This document shows positions 14,242 to 25,300 of a stretch of 64,000 nucleotides of DNA, piece after piece. Each line of letters opens with the position of its first letter. Position 1 is the first letter of the stretch. The notes under the pieces were generated by a model. It was not told where the DNA came from and ran no database searches. It saw nothing but the letters and a program-made list of their open reading frames with translations. Source of the stretch: Pelomyxa schiedti (taxonomy: Eukaryota; Protista; Evosea); the NCBI GenBank assembly GCA_020536535.1, contig JAHLWZ010000625.1, forward strand, positions 1 through 64,000, written 5' to 3'. A program made the translations under genes and the position numbers.

Positions 14242-17200
14242 CTAAATAACAAGTTTTTGATCGATGCAGATTTTCCCGGAAACCGTGTAATGTAGATGGC
14301 CGCAAACAAACTTGTTTGTGACGCTGTGCGCTACTCGGAAGATGCTTGTTACAGCTCTTTCAACACAGGAAATCATATCAGCTGGTACCTTTGAAAATGC
14401 AGGAATAGTGGGTAATAGTCGGGAGAGGAAGAAGAGAAAACATTACTGTGTGGAATGGCAGGTCTGACAGAATTTGAATGGCTTATGTAAAAGGGGTGCG
14501 ACCGTCACATGCAAACTGGATGGGGATACAAATGGGAATTGTAAGACTTCTACCTCAGGGAACGGAGGGTAGTGTTCACAGTAATTGGGTGCTTACTGCT
14601 GGTTCGAGCTCAAACGGGTGGGGTTTCATTGCACGCAATTTATCAATATGGTTTAGAAACTCTATATCTTTTTTCTGGAAATCTTGATTTGCCCTTTTCG
14701 TTACATCCTGTTTGAAGAGAAGGCTCAGTAGGGAGGTTTCCTTCAAAGGCGGTACTTGAAATACTGGCGGAAACAAAGACCTATGGATCATAAGTCTCAG
14801 TTTATCTGCATCTCCATCTTGAACATGGTACTGTGTCTTAATTTTCAAAGAGAAGTTCTACGTTGGTGATGATTATTTTAGGATCTACGCATAGGAAAAG
14901 GTTACCTCAATGAACTGGACAATGTCCTCTGGTCCAATATCCACGGAATTAGATGCAATAGTATTACAAAAATGGTGCACTTGTTTTCCTGTGCCGATTA
15001 ACTTAAGAGAAAGTGTAAGTGAAGTACCAGACTCGGTTCTGGAGTCCCTGAGCCAGCAGTCAAATTTGGCCTGGTGTTTGGGGTTGTATGCATGGAAACA
15101 AGGGATTTCAGGGTTTACAACTGCTAGCTGTAGTAGGGCATGCAGTCTATTTTTTTTCCCCAACCTTGTCAGTGTACTTGGATCATTCTAGGATAATTTC
15201 TTTTACCTTCCCTCACGGTTGTCGGGATAGAGGTTTTTCTATGATTTGCTTACTTTCTGCTTCAAACATTTCAGTAAAGCAGTTTTTTGCTTGGCGATTT
15301 TCTGTTTTGGGTAAGTCTACATGGCCAGGGGAGGGACAAAAATGGCTAACAGGCAACCGTGAGGACTTTTTTCTTGTGTTCAATGGCTGGTGTCGAAAGA
15401 AGGAACTGGGTATCACGGAAAATTTTGGGATGTCTGAGTAGAAAGTTAGCTTTCTTCTAGAAAAATGCCGGCATACACAACAAAAGGTGTCCCTGCTTTG
15501 TTCAGCTTTGCTACATATCTTACATCACCCATCTTCTGTCCTGCATGAGCTTAGAAACTGGAGTAACGGGGTTGAGATCGAGGCACCTAAGATAGACATT
15601 TGTTCCAAAACAATTTCTTCTCGAAGCTTGAAGTTGAGGTATTTGACCATAGCCACAGCACGAGCACTACTCGAGTTAGGGCCATGGTTGTTTGCACAGG
15701 GCATACCATTTGTACAATGAGTTGTTTGCCCATCCTTTATACTTCGTCATCTCAATGGTAACTTGTACTTGAAATTCTTTCATTTGCATCTTACATTTTG
15801 ATGCCTGAGGCGACAGTTTTTCGAGCACACTTTCCAGTGAGTTGAGGAGTCTTCTCAACACGGTTTCCCTGAAAGAAGAATAAAAGGTGCAGCAGATTAA
15901 TCTTCGTACAATGAAATAAACGTGGAAAAAACCTCTTTTCTCCTGGCCTTCTCCTCTTTGCTGAGTGGGATGGGCTAGTTCAAGTTAAAAATCGAAGTGC
16001 TAAAGTAGAAAATGGCACACCTTGTCTGGCTTCTTGTATTCAAAGAAATCACAACCTTCAAGAACAATATTGGGATCTGATGGTTTGGGGGTGGCAGTGG
16101 GAGGCATAGGCGGCTGCGATTTTTGGCGTGGTGGATCCCCCTCCTTAACAACAGGTTTTGGAGGAGGTCTTTGTGGTGCTTGAACGAGTTGTTGTGCTGC
16201 TTGCTGTCGGGCTTGAACGTGAGGTGTTGACGGGTTGCGGAGATTTGTTTGGAAGGTGTGGCAGTTGGTTCGCTTACCACAGCTGGAGTTGAGCTTTGTG
16301 ATGGTGTAGGTGGTGCTATCGATGCCGTAGGTGTTGTGGCAGGTACAACCTGAGCAGGTGTAATAGAAGGAGTGATAGAGGGAGCAGAGTGGCTCGTTCG
16401 TATTGGTATTTCTTGCTGTGCAGGTGAAGGCGAAGGTGAAGGTGAATGTGGAAGTGCTGAGGCTGAGCCAACACCGGGTTTGTTTGAAGATTCTGCAGGA
16501 GTGGTTGATGATGGTGGAGTGCCAGTCTTCTGCTGCTGTTGGACTTGTGGTGCTTCCGGCTCATCCAGAAGCCAGTCGAGCCCGGAATCGACTCTCTTCT
16601 TTGAAGCCAAAGGAGGGAGTCGGAGCCGGGGAAGTAGAGGCCACGGACAGCGACGAAGACGACGAGGACAGCGACAGCGACGGCGACGGCGAGAACACCA
16701 GGTCGAGGTCGTCGCCGTCGGCGGCGGACAGCTCGACCTCCTTGATGAGGGCCGCGAAAGGGGTCCCAGGGACAGCGGCCCGTCGCCGCCCCGCGGCCGC
16801 CCGAGGCCCAGGCCCAGCCCCCCGACGCCCATCTCCATCCCGAGGCCCAGCCCCAGGCCCAGCGGGTCCTCGGGCTTGTCGCCCGAGCTGTCCAGTATCC
16901 TGCTCTTGCCGGTGGTGGTTGGTTTGGTGTGCAGCACGGATGCCCCCAGCGTGACCTGCGACGTGTTGGCGTTGAGGACGGCATCGACGAGCTCCTCGTC
17001 CACGTCGTTGGTCAGACTCCATTGCCGAGCCACCAACCCCAGCCCCGCTGGTGGCGCCTTTGGTGTTGCAGTTGCTGTTGATGATGACGACGTCGACGAC
17101 GACGAAGAAGGAGTACCTTTTGGGTTGGCAGCAAGCAGGGCGTCGATGCTTTCGTCGTCCGCGTCGTGGTCTGGGAGGTGGTGCTCGGTCTTGCGTTTGT

Positions 17201-17301
17201 TGGTGGGCTCCCATAAGTCCAGTGGATCGGTTATCGCCAGGGCCTTTTCTGCCGACGCCGTCGACGGCGCTCGGCGGCCGCCGGTACGTCGTCGTGGACA
17301 T
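14242..17301 (-). CDS. Large hypothetical protein: low-complexity N-half and a possible VPS9-like helical C-terminus; frame irregularities in the GC-rich 5' part
   Basis: Chain of minus-strand ORFs joined by GT-AG introns. The C-terminal exons AIQILSDLPFHT|VPADMISCVERAVTSIF loosely resemble the start of a VPS9 domain. Confidence 0.5.
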
Positions 17302-19445
17302 CAAACGTTTGATGGGGAAAAAATCTGAAGTTAGCATTCATCACCTCTGAAAAAAGGCGATTGCGTTCGCACATGTGGTCGGGCCTATTTGCGGTGGGTT
17401 CACCTAAGCGAGATAGGTGCCTCAGAGTCCACGCTTTTGCAGCACACTAAGTAGCAGAAGAATACACAGGATTCTGGCGTAGTTATAGGTGGCTGCTGGC
17501 ACTCCGCATCAGCTCTCGTAGCACGATGTGAGAATGATCACCGCTCCGTTTCCTTTGGCTGTGGAATTACAGTGAGGAATGTACTAGACTTACCCAATGA
17601 CATAGAGACAAGTAAAAACTCTCAGGACCTCACCTTAACTATTGTTACTAAGGCGCGAATTTCAACATGAATTGCCTGAAGGAACTGCCTGAAGCTCAAA
17701 AGAAGTGCGAGTGACCGGCACTGAAGTAGGACTCAATTCTGTGATAAATGATAGTCCCGCTGCTATCCACGGAAGTAGGAATTGGTGTTTGTTAGTGGAG
17801 TTGATTTAATACAAGGTGTTTATCAAAGTCTATTTCGCACTTACCTTCAATTTACGGAACTCACCTGTCTAAGAGCTTTTTTCAGAATATGTACCCAACC
17901 TGGTTAGTTGCCAACAGTTGTACGCATGTACCAATTCAAATTATGCACCCATTAAGGCATCCCGAGGGAATAGATTGCAGAAAATTCATGTTTCACGCAA
18001 TGAGTTGTAGTGCACCAGAACCAGTATCAATGCTCTGAAAGGAATGGTGGTATGGTGAGAGTAGTAGGACTCAGCTCGCTCATTCTTGTTGGATTTCACA
18101 TCATCAGATTCCGTAAGGTTTTGATGGCCCAACGGCCAGTAACGGATTTGTTTCAAACAAACCCAACTTGGATGATGTGTGGTCACCGACCCTGGCATAA
18201 AAAACACACAAAACGTGAATGACATGAACATCAGTGCCATTTCTGTGCACACGCCAGCATACCACAAATTTGTTTGTCCAAATTTGACGCCAGTAAAAAA
18301 TGTGGTCATACACCCATTCCAAACAAGTGATTTCTGCGGAGTACCAATAGAAATTATATGCCACAAAAACCGTACCGAGAAAGGTTGCACATGGTCCACA
18401 CAGACGATACATACGAGTACGACCACGACCCAAACAAGAAGATCCACAGTTCTCCAGCCTTCACGCTACTTCATCCAAGGTCCCTCACTCCCCTACTCAT
18501 CACGCATCGTAAGATCAAGATTCATCTGCGTCTGCCTCAAGATCTCAGCCTCGCCGACACTATGACCCCGTACCTACGTGCGTGACACCGCATGTTGTTT
18601 ATTTCTGTGGTGCCTCAGCGATGCTGACACATCAAATATGTAACGACGCTCAAAACTAAAATAGATTGAGATCTGCAACTGATCTGCAACTAGCTCAGTT
18701 GCAATTTTCGGCTCTTTATATCCTCCTCGAGAGGCATTTCGGCATTTTTTTCTTAAAAAACTGAAACGCAGCACAGTCAACGGCATATGACCTACGTGTA
18801 GGCATGACCTACGGATAGGCACGATCTCTTTGGTATGAATTGTTTTATGTTGTGGTTTTTTCCCCCCCCCCCCCCCCCCCCCCCCCCCTGCTTTTTTCTG
18901 GTGACACCAAAGTCGTTGTCGTGTTTTCTCACTATGCTCTGCATTGCACTAACAGCCAATTCCGTAGACAAAGAAACATATTTTTCTGCCTACTAGCACC
19001 AGTACAAGTAAAACAGCTAGAAAGGTAATGCAAGGTACTACAGTGGTGATAACTGTTTGGAGCGTGGGTGTACGTAGTGGGAATAGAGGGACGAACGGCA
19101 GTGGGGTCAATTTGATAACTCTGCATTAGCACGAGGTGGATCTCTTGAAAGGTTTCAACCCATTCACGAATTATGACTCCTCATCTAACCAAATCCTAGA
19201 CTCTCTGGTGTGTTTGACACTTGCGAGCGTTACCGTTTATCAACCTTGCACAGTTGTTTTGGTTTTGTCAAGACTGTGTTATAACCACTTGTTTGCACCC
19301 TATGTGCTGAACTTTTTCTTTTTGAGAATTCTTTAGTTTCAATTTCTGGTAGTTTGGGTATCTGGTACTATGGACAAGCCGCCGAGATAAAATGTTACAG
19401 AGTTTTGATGAATGCAATTTAAGGCAAAGAGAGGAGTGTCAGGAA

Positions 19446-21534
19446 TTAGATAAGAACAGGTGAGTCTAGAACAGCTAAGCCATTGCATACGGCACCATCA
19501 GAGGATGATATGTCCTTGATGTGGAGGTGTCCAGCTGCTTCGTTAACAATTTCCTGTTGAGTTCTCTTGTTCCTAGTGCAGGAGTGAACCGAATTGGTAC
19601 TTATTAAACATACAACCTTCTCAGAACTCCAAAAATGCCAAGCTCACGGCGTTGAAGAGAGTAGGCAAGTCATTTGTGGGTGTCATAACCCAAGTGGGCC
19701 TGGCCTTTGGCTTGATCAACTTCTGAATGGTGTAACTAATTGGTATGTTATTCAAGTGCTAAGGTAGTATTTAAAGAACAACCTACTTAGCGCAGAAGAC
19801 TCTAGTGCTTCAACCATTTTTTTCCCGAAGAGATTATTGCCCCCTCCTCCGCGTTGAAGTTTCATCACCCAATCATTGGGATCTTTAATAGCTTGCTGCA
19901 CAGACTGGGGATTTTCCACGTAAAAAGCAGTGAAGCACTCTTTGCAAGTTTTTTGATCCGAAGGGGTCGTCAGAAACCTTAAGTTGGAGTTAGGAGAAAA
20001 GTTTTTTGGTTTGCAACAGAACAAGATGTGTAATTACCTTTCAAGAACACCAGGAACAGCCAACCTTTCTTGCACTTTTTTCGTACCCAAAAGTAACATC
20101 ACCAGCGTTGGACATTTAATAGCATAGGATTGCTCTATCATTTCTACAGCCTTGAACTCTAAATCTGAGGACAAACTGTATCCTACAAAGCAAGGTTAAT
20201 CAAGGGCAGAGAGAGTGCCTACATGCCTATCCTATAATATGACACAGCAACCTCCACACATCCATCTCTGACATGCCGTGAAACCTAGCAAAACGAGTTT
20301 TTACCACTCACATGACGAGAAGCCGCTTTTCCCCTATCAGTTGTCCCCTGAGTGCTACTTCTTCCAGAGAAGATCTCTTTACCGAAATGTGGTGGATTTC
20401 CCAGAGAAGGAATTCAATTGCCCTTTGCTCATAGCAATTCTGCTCAGAGGTGGAAACGTTAACAGCACTATTGGCAGGTCTCTCGATTTGATAAAGACGA
20501 AAAGCATGAGCCAGGCTATTGGGAATCTTAATGTGACTTATATTTGGAGGCAAGACAGTTTCTGTATGGCAATTGAACAAGATGGGTTTCGCACAGATAT
20601 CTAAGGGAGACTTATAAGTCTTCACATCGATGAACAAAGCAAACCTGTGCAAGTCGAATACCAGACTTCCAAAATGAGAAAATGCAGTGGATGTAGTATT
20701 GGATTCCACGTGTTTTAGTTCACACTTGCCTTTGCTACTACAGTCCAGCATATAGTCAACGCGGGATATGCATAGTTCGATTTCCTGTGGTTTTTTTGAA
20801 GTAAGGGAATACTCTGTAATAAACAGTGAAGCACCTGAGAGCTCGGGTGCCCATTGATGTAACTGTGAATAGATAAAAGTCGTTGAATCAAGGAATCATC
20901 GTGACATCTGTAATTGTTTTAAAAGCCAGGCTCAATTCTTCAACACTCACTTCTGAAGCACTCCTGTAATAAATGAAGGAACTGCACAAATAGAGTGAAA
21001 CAGTCTGTTGAATATCATTGCAAGACTTTGGGCTTTTTCGAACATTTTCCTTGGCCATGGGAAGGGTGACAAAGAGTAAGGTGCACTGTGAATCCCTACT
21101 TTGATGTCCCTTGATTTGCCCATCATAAACAGGCCATGAGTCACCGACCAGGAAGATGCTGTCAGTACAGAAGTACTGAAGAATGGGTGCGAACCAAAAC
21201 TTGCATCAAGGGAGACGGTAACATTACATAAAGCTGATGCAATTTGTGCTGTGTGACGATACTTTGATAACGCACTTTCAGAGGTTTCCCCAATGCAACA
21301 TACTTGGATACTCAAGTGCTCCCGCTGTGGGCATAACAGAACCACTCCAGTTCCATTCGTTTCCGAGGAAAGTGACAGATTTTGTGCCTTCATTGCGAAA
21401 ATGAAATCACCAATAGGAAACCGTTGAGGAATCTTTACAGTGGCCAGCAGGCACCACCGCGCATTACATGTGCCCCCAACAACGCAGTTGATCTGTCCAA
21501 GTGAAGTATACACGTATTCACATCCACAAAGCAC
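19446..21534 (-). pseudogene. gss: Eukaryotic-type glutathione synthetase, degenerate, fused in frame to an upstream ATP-grasp-like (PGM1_C-like) segment
   Basis: THGLFM...HSAPYSLSPFPWP, ISRVDYM, VESNT, AIKCPT...GTKKVQERLAVPGVLER, ELGIFG and VLDSP* are all present. The KPQREGGGNN motif reads KLQRGGGGNN, and frameshifts occur at about 20555 and about 19645. Confidence 0.8.
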
Positions 21535-23040
21535 TCAGGATAAAGGGTGCCTGCAAAAATCACCAGTCAACCCACAGCACAATCTTATCCCAATCACATA
21601 GAGTTCTTTCCTCATAAAGAAGCAATAGCGACAAATGTTCAAGTCTTTCGGAAGTATAGGTTCCAAGAGTGATGAATAATGATATAACATTGAATGCCAT
21701 TTCTTGTATTTTCGAAGAGAGACAAAAGAGATTTGTTATGATCGTTTTTCAGATGATCCTTGGTCAAAAAGGAGCACGTCCTCTCAACAGTGCTGCTTAG
21801 ATTGTTTTTGTTTTGAATGAAAGTCTTCACTCCAGGAACTTTACCTTGGAGAAGGAAGATTCCGATGCAGTCCGCCACTGGATTCATTTTATACTCGTCA
21901 GGTAAGTCTGAGAATAGCCATTGCTTTCCTTTGTATTTAGCAAGTATGCACCTCCCCACAGACTTGATGTGCGACACTTTCAGACTATGGGAAGAAAGGT
22001 AGGGTGGCACAGGGTGGGTTGGCATCAAATAAGTCCAGCACTCTGAAAACGGTCGTCTGATTTCAGAAGCTTCAGGGTGGAGTTGAATGTATCGGTGTAG
22101 AAGCTGACACATTTGAAATGTGTCTATTTGACAACTAAATCCGCAATCTATCTTCAGGCATGTCTAAGGAAAATATGTGTGTTGTTATTTTATTTTATAT
22201 TTCAGAAGAGTTGCAACTGTTCAAAGCTCTGTCAAGCGGAGCAGACTTGGGAATTTCTTCCTCAAAAATTGTTTTCAACCTTCAAGTTATTTATTTCTTG
22301 TCTATGAAGTATAAAGGAGAATTACTTTGCTATCTCCAGTGTACAGAGCGTGTTCAATCGGCATTACACTGTTGGAGTCAATGACAGTGTAATTCACAAG
22401 AAGGATCGTATCACCTGTAAACGTGTAAAAAATCGCCAAAAATGAGCTGCCCTACAACCTTTCGCATGGCTGTTTTGACTTCCTCAACGTACTCGTTGTT
22501 CATTATCCCCCCTGAAATCACCAACACAGCGCACTGAGGTTGTTGGGTTGCTCCGTCACAGAGTCCAAGGTGAAAAGTTGAGCCACAGCCACCCGGTTCT
22601 CCATTGGATATCCTTCACCCATAGAGCTTCGCAACTTCTTCTCTTGGAATACGGTACAAAAGTGGAAAGAAGTTCTTTGTTTGGTGCTTGTTGGAACTGT
22701 ATCTACGTTGGTCCCATATATGCAACATTTACAGTGATGTTAGAAACTGATTTCCTGGGTATCTTTTCTCCTTGCCTTGTGCCAAGAACCTCAATCAAGG
22801 TCGCGAGTTGGTGGTACACTTTTGCATATCAGTGCCACCAAAGATACCCCATTTTCCAAAACGGAAACGGTCGGTCGTTACGGAAAAAAAAAAGGGTTGA
22901 CACAGAAAAAAACCTCGACGGGCAGCCGACAACGGACAATTTGGGGCAGGGCGGTACCCTCCAACGTGAACGCGTGCTGCTGTTGTTTATCAACGGCAAC
23001 ACTCAGTCGTTCCCCTTTTATGGTTCGCAGCGACACTGGA
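21535..23040 (-). pseudogene. Disrupted upstream part of the same locus (possible TIR-like segment and ATP-grasp N-half)
   Basis: Broken frames with peptide CAVLVISGGIMNNEYVEEVKTAMRK / GDTILLVNY and a 157-aa ORF at 21639-22112. Stops and frame breaks cannot be removed by obvious introns. Confidence 0.35.
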
Positions 23041-23142
23041 AAAAAAATCATAATTGGCTGAATAAAATAATCAACAGACCGGAACGCTGTCATTTTCTGC
23101 CAATTGATAATTGCGAACTTGCCAGTTCGTTGAACGAAACTC

Positions 23143-25216
23143 ATGGCAACGACACCAACCAAGGCGGGGCGCGCCCTCATTACTGGACCGGTGGGAGTGG
23201 GAAAAACTACTCTCATCGAATCGTAGGCTTTTTCGTCATTTAAGAAAAATGAGTATATATTTTTCCCTGTTTCTCTTACTCGTTTTCAGGTACTGCAGTG
23301 GGTGCTGGCGAGAATATTCATACGAGGGATCACTAGAGCCCTGTGTGTGTATTTAACCTAATTTGTTTCCGCTTCCCCTTTTTCCCTTAACGAAACCAAA
23401 AAGTGGAGGAAACAAGTTACGGTTGGGAGTACTGCAGTGATATTGGATTTGGAGGAGAGGTTATTGCTCCACCAAGTTTATATCTTGCTCTCTAAACACA
23501 ACTAAAGTTATGGACAAGAGGAGTTCTCAGCAATGCGAGAGATGCTGTATGTTTGCTTGGTCTGGTTCTTTTGTTGAGAACCTCATCTTTGTGATTTAGT
23601 TTCAGAAGAGCAAATGTTATTTTGATTTGTTTCTCCGTTGCGGACAGGGATTCTTTTGTTGAGGCAATAGATACTTTTTATCCAATGGTAGATAGAATTT
23701 TGGAAGAACAGGTTTCCCTTTGTTTCCTGTAGTTGTTTTCACCCTCACATCTCTCAAGAGGCTGCTTTTTCTTGTTGGCTTAAAGTTAGACCTTGTTGGC
23801 ACATCAGGTGCTTGGTTTTGTTTTCCGTAGTTTTGTTTCCTTAGTCAGTTGTTACTGAAGGCCCTTTTGTTACATTTCAGGAAGGGATTTCAGCAGCCAT
23901 TAAAATTCAGGCCTATGGTTATTTTCAATGCAGGTTGAATTCAACATTGTTGGGATCTTCTGATGGATAGCTAGTTCAAAGAAGTATATTGGCTTGAATC
24001 ACCTGTTCGACGAAGTGGCAAAGGCTGGTCTGTTCTCTACTGAGTCAGATACAAAAGTCTCAAAGAAATCTGGATTTTTTGGGTTCTTCTCAAGAAAATC
24101 CAGCAATGTACCCAAAGTAAACCGTGGTATTGTCTTCCCTATTTCCGGGTATGTATTCTCCGTAAAACAGCAACGTTAACACTTTATATAGTAAAATTAA
24201 AACCCAAAGATCCTTGGCTATTCTTCCAAAAGAAGTCTGGTTGTGTACGGAATACTTGCTGGTAAAATAGGCATAACAACTATTATTAGATATCCTGGAA
24301 TACCTTGACTTTATTTCACTCATCCGATTATCTCGTACCTGTAAGCAACTCTATCACCTCGCAAAAACAGAGCCAATATGGTCAAATGCATCCGCCAGGC
24401 CATGGAGTTACCCAGGTCTCATCAAAGAGCAGAGTTGGAACAACACAAAATTTTCCTGGAACCCTGCCATGTGCTTTCCTGATTATGTTCCTCCCTCACC
24501 AAGGAGAGTGAGTATCCTGTCCTCACCTTTTCTTCTTTCCTAAAACGTACAAAAGTCGAGTTCTCCTGTTTGCTTTGGCCCAAATTCCACAATCAAGATG
24601 TCCAATGGCAAAGAGTGCCGAATGAAAGATATTGCTGTTGGGGATCAAGTTGAGTACCACCTCATTGGAAATGAAATGAATTTGTACAAGTCATTCGGCA
24701 CTATTCGTTGCATTTGGAAGTATGACTTTTCACTGTACGTCTAAATTCCTAACGCAATTGTACAGATGTTCAATGCCAAAACCAACAAAAATGGTTGTTA
24801 CAAAAAAGAAAACCCCAGAAGGAACAGAATCCATTCTCGAAATCACCCTTGATCACCCAGTGCTTCAAGATTCCCTGACCAACAAATGGTGCATGCCGGC
24901 ATCTATTCTCGGCGATCCTCACTTTTTCGACATTGACTGTGTTTACAACCTAGTTGTGGATTCAGCTCCATCACCACTACAAACTCAAAGTCAACAACAA
25001 GAATCCCGGGAACCTGAACAGCCACACACAGAAGTGGTTCAAAGTCAGCCAGAGCCGCAGAGAGGAGGGGTTGTTGTTGGAGGACATGTGTGTTGCACCC
25101 TTGGAATGAATGTTCCAGGTCTGGAGGATTCATTCTGGGGAACTGAATGTGTTGTTAAGTGGCTTGAGAAGAGGCCAGACTTCCCAAATGTACACACATA
25201 TTGTGCTGGGGACTGA
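23143..25216 (+). CDS. Atypical Ras/Rho small GTPase - F-box - Hint (Vint-type) fusion protein
   Basis: P-loop GPVGVGKT, G3 region LEESYGQEEFSAMR, G4 VGLKLDL. F-box LAILPKEVWLYILEYLDFISLIRLSRTCKQLY. Hint blocks CFGPNSTIKMSNG...IAVGDQV, ITLDHPV, WCMP, VYNLVVD, VVVGGHVCCTLG. All joined in frame by GT-AG introns where checked. Confidence 0.85.
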
Positions 25217-25300
25217 GGTCGAGTTTCACTTCGTACAAACCATGGGAATGTAAATTGTCAGTACCAAAAAATATGGGTATTGTATATTTGTGTTATTTAT

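Noticed and set aside
24571-25216. True intein or homing element
   Set aside because: No terminal His-Asn followed by Cys/Ser/Thr, no endonuclease and no C-extein. It fits a Vint-type Hint domain instead.
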